The position numbers and the translations under genes were made by a program. Source: a virus. From it: a stretch of 64,000 nucleotides of DNA. A model generated the notes under the pieces. The model ran no database searches, was not told the origin of the DNA, and saw only the letters and a program-made list of their open reading frames with translations. Shown piece by piece: positions 19,841 to 30,110 of the stretch. Location of the stretch: positions 24,309 to 88,308 of the IMG/VR virus record IMGVR_UViG_3300025849_000022; one strand, written 5' to 3'. Within the stretch, counting starts at the first letter, position 1; each line of letters opens with the position of its first letter.

Positions 19841-22014
19841 TTAACTGTAAATTCAAACTGCTCAATATAATCTACAAGTACAACGCCTTCTTCTATTTTA
19901 TCAAACAGTATTTTTTTACTGATAGGTTTTTTAACTACATCTTCAAACAGTCTTTTCAACGGCCTTGCTCCCATGCTAGGTTCAAATCCATTGTCTGCAA
20001 TATACTTCTTAGCCGCTTTGGTTAGTTCTATACTAATTTTGCTGTCATTACTTAGTAGTAATTCATTTGTTTCTTTAACAATTTTGTCAATGATAAGATT
20101 AACTTCTTTCATGCCAAGTTTATTAAACTTAACATAAGAGTCTATTCTATTTCTAAACTCTGGTGTGAAGAAACTTTTAACTGCTTTGATATCTGTATCA
20201 GTGTGTGTTGTTTCGCCAAAACCAATTTTACTTGTTTCTGACTTTGCGGCACCTAAGTTACTTGTCATTATAAGTGTAACATTACTAAAGTCTACAGTTT
20301 TACCTGTAGCACCTGTAAGCCTGCCATCATCCATTACTTGTAACAATACTTGTAATACTTCTGGTGCGGCTTTCTCTACTTCGTCTAGTAGCAATACACA
20401 ATTAGGATTCTTATCTATTTCAGATAGCAACATGCCTTGTCCTAGTTCTCCTTCTGCGTGTCCAACGTAACCTGGAGGAGCACCAATAAGTTTGCTGACA
20501 CTATGTCTTTCCATATACTCTGACATGTCAAACTTAACTAGTTTAATATCTAATTCGTCTGCTAATGCTCTTGCTGTTTCTGTTTTACCTACACCTGTTG
20601 GTCCTACAAATAGGAATGTACCAATTGGTTTATTAGGCTCTCTAAGTCCTGCTTTACTAACAAGAATACTTTCTACAAGTTTATCTACTGCTTCGTCTTG
20701 ACCAAACACTTTCTTTTTAATCTTTCTATCTAATTTACTAAAGCCTTTTGTGTCTTTAACGTCAACTACATCTTTTTTAATCTTAGCAATCTTTGATACC
20801 TGTGTTACTACTGAATCAAGATTTACAACTTTTTTTCCTAGTACTTTAGAAACTGCACCTGCGGCATCCACAATGTCTAATGCCTTGTCAGGAAAGTATT
20901 TGTTTTTAATATATCTATCTGCCAGTTCACATGCTTTTTCTATAGCACCTTTTTCATACTTGACTTTGTGAAATTCTTCGTAGTATGGTTGTAGGCCTTC
21001 GCATATCTTAATTGTATCTTTAAGTGTGGTTTCTTCTATATCAAGTCTAGCAAATCTACGCATCAATGCTCTGTCTTTTTCAAATGTACTTGCAAATTCA
21101 TCTGGTGTAGTTGCACCAATACACAATAGTTTACCTTTACCTAACAATGGCTTTAACATGTTTGCCGCATCTACTTGACTGCTACCAGCACTACCGGCTC
21201 CCATGATCATATGTATTTCATCAATAAACAAAATAGCCTTGTCATCTTTTTCAATTTGATCTAATACCGTTTTAAGACGCTCTTCAAAGTCTCCTCTAAA
21301 TTTTGTACCTGCTAACATTGTACCAACGTCTATTTGATACACAATTTTATCTTCTAATGTTTTAGGAACTTGCTTGTTAATAATCTTCCATGCCATGCCT
21401 TCTGCAATAGCAGTTTTACCTACACCAGGCTCGCCAACTAAACATACGTTATTCTTTTTACGCCTTGCAAGTATTTCGACAACATCATTTACTTCTTCGC
21501 TTCTACCAATAAGTGGATCTATGCTACCATTCATTGCTTCTTCGTTTAAGTTTTTAATGTAATCTGCTGACTCTTCTACTAATTCGCCTTCGTGTACGTC
21601 GCCTAATACATCTAATAAGTTTTCTCTATGGCATCCGTTTACTGCTAGAAAGTATGCACTATGCGAGTTATCTTCATTGGTGATACTTACTAGTAAATCT
21701 ATAGCAGATATTTTGTCTCTGCCATTAAAAATACTTTGTGCAAATGCTCTTTGAAATACTCTTTCAACTGCTACTGTTTTTTTAGGTTTGCCTGTGTTGC
21801 CTCCTTCTGACTTTAAATTATTAAATTCGTCGTCATTTAAATATGTAACAATATCTGCTTCTAGTTGCTTAATATCAACATTGCATTCACCTAGCACTTT
21901 TTTGATTTCTCTATCGTTAATAAGTGCTAATGCAACATGTTCAAGAGTCATATACTCATGACTAAATTGATTAGATATTTCGTAAGCCTTTTCTATAATT
22001 CCTTCAACATTCAT
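19837..22014 (-). CDS. clpA: ClpA-type AAA+ unfoldase
   Basis: Clp N domain, GEPGVGKT and GPTGVGKT Walker A motifs, FDMSEY, GAPPGYVG, IGF loop, GARPL; no ClpB middle domain. Confidence 0.92.
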   Translation of the reverse strand: MNVEGIIEKAYEISNQFSHEYMTLEHVALALINDREIKKVLGECNVDIKQLEADIVTYLNDDEFNNLKSEGGNTGKPKKTVAVERVFQRAFAQSIFNGRDKISAIDLLVSITNEDNSHSAYFLAVNGCHRENLLDVLGDVHEGELVEESADYIKNLNEEAMNGSIDPLIGRSEEVNDVVEILARRKKNNVCLVGEPGVGKTAIAEGMAWKIINKQVPKTLEDKIVYQIDVGTMLAGTKFRGDFEERLKTVLDQIEKDDKAILFIDEIHMIMGAGSAGSSQVDAANMLKPLLGKGKLLCIGATTPDEFASTFEKDRALMRRFARLDIEETTLKDTIKICEGLQPYYEEFHKVKYEKGAIEKACELADRYIKNKYFPDKALDIVDAAGAVSKVLGKKVVNLDSVVTQVSKIAKIKKDVVDVKDTKGFSKLDRKIKKKVFGQDEAVDKLVESILVSKAGLREPNKPIGTFLFVGPTGVGKTETARALADELDIKLVKFDMSEYMERHSVSKLIGAPPGYVGHAEGELGQGMLLSEIDKNPNCVLLLDEVEKAAPEVLQVLLQVMDDGRLTGATGKTVDFSNVTLIMTSNLGAAKSETSKIGFGETTHTDTDIKAVKSFFTPEFRNRIDSYVKFNKLGMKEVNLIIDKIVKETNELLLSNDSKISIELTKAAKKYIADNGFEPSMGARPLKRLFEDVVKKPISKKILFDKIEEGVVLVDYIEQFEFTVK

Positions 22015-22022
22015 AATAGTAT

Positions 22023-22826
22023 TTAATTGTTTCTCCTGCGTTCTTGTTTAATTCTTTGTATAAGATGAACATGCTCATGACTCAATGAATCAGGTGGCAT
22101 AACTTCTACTTGTAATAAAAAGTTACCAACTATGCTACTGCGAGGATCTGTAAATCCTTCCCCTCTAAGTTTCAGTCTGCTATTTGGTTCAGTAAGTGGC
22201 GGTATATGAACTGCCAACATTCTTCCGCTAATGTGCCTAACATCTATAGTTGCACCAGTTAATGCATCAAGGTAATCTATTTGTATAATACCAATAAGAT
22301 CATTTCCGTTTTTTGCAAATTCTGGATGTGGTCGATATCTTACTCTTATAAATAAATCACCTGGCGGCAGGTTCGGGTCTTGCTGTGGACCTTTGCCGTG
22401 TACAGTAAACCGTGTACCTTCTTGTACACCTTTTGGTATTTTTAAATCTAACATACCAGTGCCTACATTGATTCGTTGTGTGGAACCGTTATATACATCT
22501 TCTAATGATAATAGTATATCAGTTTGTGCATCAAAATTTTGCTCTCTGCGTTGTTGTCCTCTTTGTCCAAATATATCTCTAAATATGTCTCCAAAAGGAC
22601 TGGCTCCGCCAAAGCCTTGTCCAAAACCTTCAAAAGGATTAGGATTATCATACTGATTACGTTTGTTTGGATCACTAAGTGTATCGTATGCTTCTTGTAC
22701 TCTTTTGAATTCCTCTGGATTACCACCTTTGTCAGGATGATGCTTACTTGCTAATTTGCGATATGCTTTTTTGATAGTGGAGGCGTCAGCATCGCGGCCT
22801 ACCCCCAATGTTTGGTAGTGATCCAT
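22023..22826 (-). CDS. dnaJ: DnaJ/CbpA-type co-chaperone
   Basis: J domain with HPD, G/F linker, C-terminal domain, no zinc finger. Confidence 0.9.
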   Translation of the reverse strand: MDHYQTLGVGRDADASTIKKAYRKLASKHHPDKGGNPEEFKRVQEAYDTLSDPNKRNQYDNPNPFEGFGQGFGGASPFGDIFRDIFGQRGQQRREQNFDAQTDILLSLEDVYNGSTQRINVGTGMLDLKIPKGVQEGTRFTVHGKGPQQDPNLPPGDLFIRVRYRPHPEFAKNGNDLIGIIQIDYLDALTGATIDVRHISGRMLAVHIPPLTEPNSRLKLRGEGFTDPRSSIVGNFLLQVEVMPPDSLSHEHVHLIQRIKQERRRNN

Positions 22827-22863
22827 TGTTTTATTATACAGTATTTGACAGGAATGTCAAGTG

Positions 22864-23289
22864 CTATTCGTCTTTATTAAACGTTTTTGGTGCAAACTCT
22901 TTGTCAGTGCCAAAGTCTTTAAACATATTACTCTTGCCTTCTTGCTCTTCAGGTTCGTAATATTCTTTGTATGCTTCTATAATTGCTCTAAGTTTTACAA
23001 TTTGGTTACGCATTCTTACATTGTTTTTAGTTACAAGTTCCCAATCTTCATCACTGTAACCAAATACCACAGGATCAATATTTGCTTCTTTCATTTTAGC
23101 AAACACTTCTTCTTGGTTCTTGCTTGTTACAATAATAACATTTACTTGCTCTAATGTTTCTACTGGTGGTAGTTCTAAGTTAAGAGGCATTCTCTCTACT
23201 TCTTTAGTAAAAATTTCTAATGATTTAGTTGTACTACATCCACTAATAAGGAGTATAGTTAGGATTGGCAATATTAGTACATTCAGCAT
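22864..23289 (-). CDS. o-spanin-like lipoprotein
   Basis: signal peptide with lipobox LISGC; start overlaps the 3' end of the upstream TM/coiled-coil gene. Confidence 0.7.
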   Translation of the reverse strand: MLNVLILPILTILLISGCSTTKSLEIFTKEVERMPLNLELPPVETLEQVNVIIVTSKNQEEVFAKMKEANIDPVVFGYSDEDWELVTKNNVRMRNQIVKLRAIIEAYKEYYEPEEQEGKSNMFKDFGTDKEFAPKTFNKDE

Positions 23290-23728
23290 TGATCTGTGAC
23301 TTCTTGGTTGCATTTAATTCCTCCTCCGTTAGTGGCGAGCCTTGTGCTATTTCAAAACACCTTGCTCTTTGTTGCTCTCTTTTACGTTCTATTCTTTCTA
23401 TGCTTTTAGGTTTACTTAGAGCCAAGTTACCTACGTCTCTTCTTTCACCTGATGCATTTACTTTGTTAAACTTTTCATTTGCTAAGTTTAAGTCTGCTGT
23501 TAGTTTAGCATTATTTTCACTTAATACTTTATTGATTGCGGTCTTAGACTCTATATCTCTTAACTGTTGCTGTATGAGTGCCTGCTGTTGTTCTACAGCA
23601 CCATTTAGTTTCTCATTGTTAAGTGTAAGGATTTCGTTTTCTGCTTTTAGATGTTGCACATACCACAAGCCTCCAGCGGCTCCTGATAACAACATAAAAA
23701 AGAAAACTAGTTTAATTTGACCCAACAT
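23243..23728 (-). CDS. i-spanin-like protein
   Basis: N-terminal TM helix followed by a long coiled coil. Confidence 0.7.
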   Translation of the reverse strand: MLGQIKLVFFFMLLSGAAGGLWYVQHLKAENEILTLNNEKLNGAVEQQQALIQQQLRDIESKTAINKVLSENNAKLTADLNLANEKFNKVNASGERRDVGNLALSKPKSIERIERKREQQRARCFEIAQGSPLTEEELNATKKSQINAECTNIANPNYTPY

Positions 23729-23942
23729 GTCTCTCTACTACTTCACATAGTGCAGACACAGTCATAATATCAAATGTTTCTTCTTCTGGTATGGAAATAC
23801 CTAGTTTGGATTCTATTTGAACAAACACGTCGACTATATCAAATTCGTCACCACCTAAGTCGTCCATCATATGACTATCTTGTGTAATGCTTTTGTCTTT
23901 ACCAAAATGTGATTCTAATACTTCTAAGATTTCTACTCTCAT
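23712..23942 (-). CDS. acyl carrier protein homologue lacking the conserved Ser
   Basis: 76 aa, acidic; DLGGDEFDIVD aligns with ACP DLGADSLDTVE, IPEEETFDIMTV aligns with IPDEEAEKITTV. Confidence 0.75.
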   Translation of the reverse strand: MRVEILEVLESHFGKDKSITQDSHMMDDLGGDEFDIVDVFVQIESKLGISIPEEETFDIMTVSALCEVVERHVGSN

Positions 23943-24694
23943 ATTTTCCTCAATAATAAAACATCATCGCTACCTTCTTTAGAAAGTGTAAATCTACCTT
24001 CGCTAAAATTGTTGACTACATATGATTTGCCAATTGCATCAGCAAATGCCAAGTCATCACTTAACATACTTCTAATAGGTTCTGACGAAATGTCTTCTAA
24101 TATATCTTTTTGACCAAAGTTGACTAATTCAAATTCAAATACTCTCTTGCCTCTTTGAAATTGTATTCTATCTTTATCTGTGTCTTTATCTAAATTAACG
24201 TTTGACATCAAACTGTCAATTAAAAAGTTTCCTAAGTTTTCTTTATACTCGCTTTCTTGTGCTTCAACTTTATTTTGTTGAAATGTTTTTTTATCTACAT
24301 ACATATCTGGGTCCACTATTACAAAACTTTTCCATGTATCTTCGTGTAGTTTAAAGTCTTCATCTGCATAGTATGGCTTTACAGTCCATGCTAGTTTACC
24401 AGACAAGTTCTCTACATCATGTAAAATTTTATCTATTTTTTCAAAGACTTGGTTGTCTCTTTTCATTTCTACAAACACCATGTAGTGTCCGTCATCGTTT
24501 GCGGCTGGGGAAGCCTCGCAATCTAATGTTTCATATGCACCTGACTCTACAAAGTTTGATAAGTCTTTAGCAGGAGCCAAATCGTCTACATAAAACCCCA
24601 CTACAATTACATCTTTATTATCACCTGTCTTTGGTGAAAATTCATCTAAACTGATTTTAGGAATAACTAGATCAACAAGGTCGTGATGTTTCAT
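23939..24694 (-). CDS. hypothetical phage protein
   Basis: 251-aa ORF coupled to neighbours. Confidence 0.75.
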   Translation of the reverse strand: MKHHDLVDLVIPKISLDEFSPKTGDNKDVIVVGFYVDDLAPAKDLSNFVESGAYETLDCEASPAANDDGHYMVFVEMKRDNQVFEKIDKILHDVENLSGKLAWTVKPYYADEDFKLHEDTWKSFVIVDPDMYVDKKTFQQNKVEAQESEYKENLGNFLIDSLMSNVNLDKDTDKDRIQFQRGKRVFEFELVNFGQKDILEDISSEPIRSMLSDDLAFADAIGKSYVVNNFSEGRFTLSKEGSDDVLLLRKI

Positions 24695-25245
24695 TATACG
24701 ACGCCTCCTAGTGGATCTGCTGGCATTGGTGCAGTTGGATCAACTCCTTGTTGCAACATTGCACCTGCTTCGGCATCCTGTGTAGATATTACTTCGTCGT
24801 TCATTTTAGTTTCTGCTTCATCATAATGCTCTAAATACTTTCTTGGCACTCGTAATTCAACTAACCATACAGGATCGCTTTCTGTTTTAGTTTTTCTGTA
24901 GACCCTATTGCGTGTGATTTCAACTTCTATATCGTCTGGACTCATAATCTTTTTAGGATATTCAAATACATCTTCATTGAACTTAACTTGACATTTTTTG
25001 TTAGTTAATCGCAATGCACCTTCTGGATCTGGCATTTCTGCTTTGTCGTACATTAGTGTTAGGTCAATCCAGTATTTACTAGGACGGCCTACTTCAACTA
25101 TCTTACCCTTTTTCCAGTTCTTAAATGCATAAATACCTAGGTGCTCAAAGAGTCCGTCTAGTTCTAGTAGCATATCAAGAAGTGTTCTATCTTGGTTAAT
25201 AGCCTTTATGGTATTATTGATATCTTCTGAAGTATATTTTGACAT
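24694..25245 (-). CDS. hypothetical phage protein
   Basis: start at MSKYTSE, 5 nt after TAAATA. Confidence 0.75.
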   Translation of the reverse strand: MSKYTSEDINNTIKAINQDRTLLDMLLELDGLFEHLGIYAFKNWKKGKIVEVGRPSKYWIDLTLMYDKAEMPDPEGALRLTNKKCQVKFNEDVFEYPKKIMSPDDIEVEITRNRVYRKTKTESDPVWLVELRVPRKYLEHYDEAETKMNDEVISTQDAEAGAMLQQGVDPTAPMPADPLGGVV

Positions 25246-25417
25246 ACAAGTATTTATCAAAGTTATTAAATGAGTTGTTTTAACATTGACGTTAAATACT
25301 AAATAATATTACATGATGATTAACAACCATTCAAAAAGTTGTAGACAACATATACAGGACCCAACCGTTCATGAATCCATGCACGGTTTTTTTATGGCTT
25401 CACAAAAAGGAGATACC

Positions 25418-26167
25418 ATGTCAAGAAAGAAACGCAAAGAACGAGAATTCAAGGCGAGCATACGCCAATTACAAACGGAGGATTTAATATTGAAACTTGA
25501 TAACAGATATAACACTAAGACGGCTAATTGTACAGTAGTACCTAGAAACATAACCCAAGACAATTTACTTGCATCGCTAGAGCATACTAATACGTCTATT
25601 ACATTTGCTGTAGGACCAGCAGGTACGGGTAAAACGTATATTGCTACAAAGAAAGCCATTCAGTCGTTATCATCTGGTATGGTGTCAAAAATAGTTATTA
25701 CAAGGCCAGCGATCAGTGTCGATGAGCAACACGGCTTCTTACCTGGTACATTACAGGATAAGATGGCGCCATGGACTAGGCCAATTATAGATATTTTTGA
25801 GGAACACTTTACAACCAGTCACATTGAAAACATGATAGATGCAAATATTATTGAGATTGCGCCATTGGCGTATATGAGAGGTAGAACATTTAAAAACTCT
25901 TTTATTATTGCTGATGAAATGCAAAATGCAACTATTGAACAAATGAAAATGCTTTTAACTAGAATAGGCGTAGGCAGTAAAATGGTTATTACTGGTGACT
26001 TACGTCAGCATGATAGAGGCTTTGGTGACAATGGATTAAAGGATTTCTTAGAGAGATTACAAGACAAAGATTACGAATTTATTAGAACAGTCGAGTTTAC
26101 TAGCAAGGATATTGAAAGACATCCTGCTGTAGCAGAAGTACTCGGTGTATATGATGATTTAAACTAA
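25418..26167 (+). CDS. phoH: PhoH-family ATPase
   Basis: GPAGTGKT, GFLPG, PLAYMRGRTF, ADEMQN, TGDLRQHD; AAGGAG RBS before MSRKKRK. Confidence 0.95.
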   Translation: MSRKKRKEREFKASIRQLQTEDLILKLDNRYNTKTANCTVVPRNITQDNLLASLEHTNTSITFAVGPAGTGKTYIATKKAIQSLSSGMVSKIVITRPAISVDEQHGFLPGTLQDKMAPWTRPIIDIFEEHFTTSHIENMIDANIIEIAPLAYMRGRTFKNSFIIADEMQNATIEQMKMLLTRIGVGSKMVITGDLRQHDRGFGDNGLKDFLERLQDKDYEFIRTVEFTSKDIERHPAVAEVLGVYDDLN

Positions 26168-26368
26168 TTTTTTTAAGATAATTTCACTTACTTGGCCGAC
26201 TTGGCTATGTTCTAAATCATACAAGTCGGTCATTCTATCTACTGCACTTTTAATAGCAACCAAAGGATCACTTTTGTTTTGCTTGATATGTGTGTGGACA
26301 AACCCACCTTCTTTAAATTCGGGTTCGAAACGCATCATTTCTTCTGCTACTGTAACCAGGTCGACCAT
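26159..26368 (-). CDS. hypothetical protein
   Basis: 69-aa ORF at the end of the operon. Confidence 0.55.
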   Translation of the reverse strand: MVDLVTVAEEMMRFEPEFKEGGFVHTHIKQNKSDPLVAIKSAVDRMTDLYDLEHSQVGQVSEIILKKLV

Positions 26369-26886
26369 ATTGATAACTCATTGATTTCTATTTCTTGTGG
26401 CTTATCTAAACACCACTTAATTGTTTCTGCTACAGTTTCAGGCGATAGTTTATTATAGTCCTTGGCACGTGGAGGCACCATATCTGTATCTACATAGCCT
26501 GGATTTATATTAATTACTCTGACCCTTTTATTCATATCACTAAACACATTTGATTGTGCTATGTGATCTAAATGCTTTTTGTCTGCTCCGTAAAGTGATG
26601 TTCTAACACCGTCGTACTTGCTTCTGCTGTTTATATTTACAATAGTTTTAGTATCATCTGTTCTCCACAAGTTAAACAATTGATCAAATAATTCTGATTG
26701 CTTAGTACCTGAGTATGCATTATTAATAAACACATCGCATGAGTTGGCTGTCATTATAATAGGTTTAATTTCATTTATATCAAATCCATTACTTCTACTC
26801 ATACCAACGACATCATGCTCTTTACTAAGTAAATCAAAACATGCTTTACCTATGCCTTTGCTATGACCTGTAATTGCTATTTTCAT
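26347..26886 (-). CDS. short-chain dehydrogenase/reductase
   Basis: ITGHSKGIG, FINNA, YGADK (YxxxK), INPGYVDT. Confidence 0.85.
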   Translation of the reverse strand: MKIAITGHSKGIGKACFDLLSKEHDVVGMSRSNGFDINEIKPIIMTANSCDVFINNAYSGTKQSELFDQLFNLWRTDDTKTIVNINSRSKYDGVRTSLYGADKKHLDHIAQSNVFSDMNKRVRVININPGYVDTDMVPPRAKDYNKLSPETVAETIKWCLDKPQEIEINELSIWSTWLQ

Positions 26887-27113
26887 GCTAAATTCTCCAC
26901 AGGCAATTTCACACATTTCAGTGTAAGTTTGTGTTGTTTAGTGATGGTCTCTCTGTTTTTTCTGTAGTATTGCATGTAGATATCCATACTCTGAAATGAA
27001 TCTAGTTCTTTCATAAAACTTTCACATTGTTTTGTGTTATCAAATCCTTTCAATAGTTGAGTATCTTGCACCTCATCACCAAGCATTAAAAAAATCATCA
27101 ATGCTATTTTCAA
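26883..27113 (-). CDS. hypothetical protein
   Basis: 76-aa ORF coupled to neighbours. Confidence 0.6.
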   Translation of the reverse strand: MKIALMIFLMLGDEVQDTQLLKGFDNTKQCESFMKELDSFQSMDIYMQYYRKNRETITKQHKLTLKCVKLPVENLA

Positions 27114-27358
27114 CTGTTCTTCCTTTTGAAATACATATAAATTCCAAAGGCACTAATAATAAACCAAAAGAATTCTATTACTAAACTTGCTAGGTTAGGT
27201 GTGTAAACCAAACTAACTGTAACGAGTATTGCTACAATTAAGTTATTGAAACTGTACCAAAAACCTTTAGGGTCTATGCGTTCTAATTGTAGTAATGCGT
27301 ATGTGACTATTAGTAATGCCACACCTGTGAATCCTATTATATCGGGTATTGTAATCAT
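27110..27358 (-). CDS. small 3-TM membrane protein (CBU_0592-like)
   Basis: DIIGFTGVALLIVTYALLQ...YSFNNL...IEFFWFIIS. Confidence 0.65.
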   Translation of the reverse strand: MITIPDIIGFTGVALLIVTYALLQLERIDPKGFWYSFNNLIVAILVTVSLVYTPNLASLVIEFFWFIISAFGIYMYFKRKNS

Positions 27359-27774
27359 GCTGATGCTGTATATTGTTTTGATATGTATTTCATTTTATTA
27401 AAAACGCTCATCATACCAATTTGTCTTTGCATACTAAGTTGAGCACCTAACGGTATCTTTTGTACAGAAGACGAGTTAAAATTTAGCATATCATTTGGCT
27501 GGTAACCACTGAATGCCTCTACTAAAATATGTAATAAACCTTTAACAAGTTTACTGTCTGAGTGTGCATAGAACTGCAATGTATTGTTTTCGTCTAGTAT
27601 ATGTGTTAACCACACATCACTTTGGCAACCTGCAACATAGTTTTCTTCATTGAACATTTCTTCTACGCCTATACCTGCTAAGTCGTCTCCTAATTCAATT
27701 AAGTATTCATAACGATCTAAATCAGTTTCTAGTGCTTCTAGTGTTTCTACGATTGGTTCTATTGTTGCTATCAT
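27355..27774 (-). CDS. sufE: SufE-family Fe-S assembly sulfur acceptor
   Basis: RYEYLIELG, VAGCQSDVW, SDSKLVKGL, LSMQRQIG. Confidence 0.9.
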   Translation of the reverse strand: MIATIEPIVETLEALETDLDRYEYLIELGDDLAGIGVEEMFNEENYVAGCQSDVWLTHILDENNTLQFYAHSDSKLVKGLLHILVEAFSGYQPNDMLNFNSSSVQKIPLGAQLSMQRQIGMMSVFNKMKYISKQYTASA

Positions 27775-28568
27775 CTTAACTTCTTATTTTTGCTAACTGC
27801 TTTTTCTAACAGAGATAGTTTGATATTTTTACCTTGTGCATAATTAATCAATGCTTCTGTATCCTTAGGAAAACAATGGCCACCAAAACCATGCTCGCCA
27901 TCAGTACCGGGCACTTTCATATGACTGTTGCCCATGCGTGGATCTCTAGTTAGCATATCTGTAAACTGGTCCCAACTTACCATACTACTACTTGCTTGTT
28001 GTAGGTTGTACAGTTCATTAAAGAAAACAACCTTAGTTGCTAACCAACTATTAATAGTGTACTTGATCAAACTTGCAGTACTCAGGTCTACTTTGAATGT
28101 CGGAACCACTCTCACGTTGCTATACCTATTGTAGGCTTTTTCAACTGTGTCACAGTCTTTCCATTTCCCTCCGAGTACTTGCATGTTTGGATTCACAAAG
28201 TCTTGTGATGCATTTGCTTCAGTAAGAAACTCTGGGTTATAAACTATTTTTAATTTATAACTCTTTTTGAATACATGTAAGTAGTCAGGTATAATTGTGC
28301 TTTTAACAACAACTATACCTTTGTACTCACGATCGTTTAATTCCTGCAGAACGTTAGTAACAATGTCTACATTAACACTCCCATCTTCGTTGGGTGGCGT
28401 TGGAACACAAACGAAAGTAAGTGGTGGATCAAAGTCATTGACAAGTTTATCAATTGTGTTGTCCTCTGAAATTTTAGGATCCACCACGTACTGTTCTATT
28501 TTGGAAAAGCCATCGCTGACAGCACTTCCTACAAAACCTTTGCCTATTATTCCTATACTATACTTCAT
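27771..28568 (-). CDS. ugd: UDP-glucose/GDP-mannose dehydrogenase
   Basis: GKGFVG, CVPTP, KSTI, NPEFL, GFGGHCFPKD. Confidence 0.9.
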   Translation of the reverse strand: MKYSIGIIGKGFVGSAVSDGFSKIEQYVVDPKISEDNTIDKLVNDFDPPLTFVCVPTPPNEDGSVNVDIVTNVLQELNDREYKGIVVVKSTIIPDYLHVFKKSYKLKIVYNPEFLTEANASQDFVNPNMQVLGGKWKDCDTVEKAYNRYSNVRVVPTFKVDLSTASLIKYTINSWLATKVVFFNELYNLQQASSSMVSWDQFTDMLTRDPRMGNSHMKVPGTDGEHGFGGHCFPKDTEALINYAQGKNIKLSLLEKAVSKNKKLR

Positions 28569-30099
28569 TAAGTAACCAATTTAATTTTTTATTTACATAT
28601 CTATTTACTGTTTGATCTGTAATAAAAGTTGCTTTTTGAACTAGACCTAATCCTGACAGAGTTTCTTTTTGCTCATACCAGTCGTTTCTTGATGAGGCTA
28701 TGCCTTGTGACATAACACTTTGCCAAGTAAATGCTTCAATGTGATTTGTTATAACATTTCTTTTTTGTATTGCTTTTGAGAATATGTCAGTGCGTTCTTT
28801 TGCTTCTGATTTGTTAGTGTATTCGTTTGACCATTCTAATGTATTTTCGTCTATGGTGTAACCAAATCTTTCTGGGTATATATCTATATCAGCAAAGGCA
28901 CCTTCGTCCCATGCTAACCATTCTCCACCAAAGTCCTTGTAGCCAGGATGATTCTTTTTAGGCTCAATTATTAATGTTATTGTACCAGCATTATCAACAA
29001 GTAAATTGTCTTCACAGTATCTTAAATTTTTTTCAAACTCTGCGTAACTGTCGTTTGCTAATCCAAATATAAAACCTGAACTAATCCAAAAGTCATCTAT
29101 TTCTTTTCTTAACCTTTGAGAAACATACACAAGATCTTCTATTGTGCTTTTCTTTCTTGTGGCTTTTATTGCGGTATTACCAAAACTTTCTATACCAAAG
29201 TTAGCACCATTCATTCCAATTTCTTTATACAAATCTATCTGGTGAGGTCTTTTTGCCATAACATCAAGTCTAGCAAAAGATGTTATTCTAGGTTTAAAAC
29301 TTAATCTATTAACAACTTTAGCAAGTAACTCTAGTTTTTCATCTGATTCATTAAGTGTATCATCTGCGGCATAGAAATGTGTAATTCCGTATGTATCGTA
29401 TGCATGTTGCATTGTGTAATAAAGTTGCTCTTCGCAATTCATATAAAGAGTCTTAGATGCTCGTAAAGGATAATTGCAAAAACTACAATTAAATTTACAG
29501 CCTAGTGCAACTTCAAATCCTATCACATCAGTGGATTCTAAGAAGTCGTCTTCTTTGAATAAACCATATGTTATGGGTTTCTCTATATCATAATTATAAT
29601 TATGGTTAGCAAAAATGTTTGTAAACTCTGGATTTTGTACAAACCTTGACATGTCTTTTCCAGCAACAAAATCTGTTAGCATTTCAGTACATCTACCTAA
29701 GAAAACACCATCACAGTATTTCATATAGTCCATGTCATTGCGTTGTACTCTTCTATTGCCTCCATATAATATTTTTGCATTAGGTAGTTTGCTTTTAATT
29801 TGTCGAGCAAGTTGAATATACTCTTTTTCTAAACCCATAGATAGTGTAGCACTTATACATATAAACTGTACTTCTGAGTTACGAAAATAATTTATTATAC
29901 CTTTGATTAAATCTTCTTTATCAAAATGAAAACAATAATCTATAACAGTTGCCTCTACACCTAACTTTTCAAACTCATGTTTAATAACATGGGCACCCAA
30001 CGATCTGTAATTTGCTGGGAATGTAGAACGAATTATTTCTTTAGATATTCTTGGTTTTTGTTTGTTAGATTCAGATATAACAACGGCTTTGTTTTTCAT
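28558..30099 (-). CDS. B12-binding-type radical SAM enzyme
   Basis: GCKFNCSFC, ADDTLN, FGIES. Confidence 0.8.
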   Translation of the reverse strand: MKNKAVVISESNKQKPRISKEIIRSTFPANYRSLGAHVIKHEFEKLGVEATVIDYCFHFDKEDLIKGIINYFRNSEVQFICISATLSMGLEKEYIQLARQIKSKLPNAKILYGGNRRVQRNDMDYMKYCDGVFLGRCTEMLTDFVAGKDMSRFVQNPEFTNIFANHNYNYDIEKPITYGLFKEDDFLESTDVIGFEVALGCKFNCSFCNYPLRASKTLYMNCEEQLYYTMQHAYDTYGITHFYAADDTLNESDEKLELLAKVVNRLSFKPRITSFARLDVMAKRPHQIDLYKEIGMNGANFGIESFGNTAIKATRKKSTIEDLVYVSQRLRKEIDDFWISSGFIFGLANDSYAEFEKNLRYCEDNLLVDNAGTITLIIEPKKNHPGYKDFGGEWLAWDEGAFADIDIYPERFGYTIDENTLEWSNEYTNKSEAKERTDIFSKAIQKRNVITNHIEAFTWQSVMSQGIASSRNDWYEQKETLSGLGLVQKATFITDQTVNRYVNKKLNWLLNEV

Positions 30100-30110
30100 G
30101 CTAATATTTA

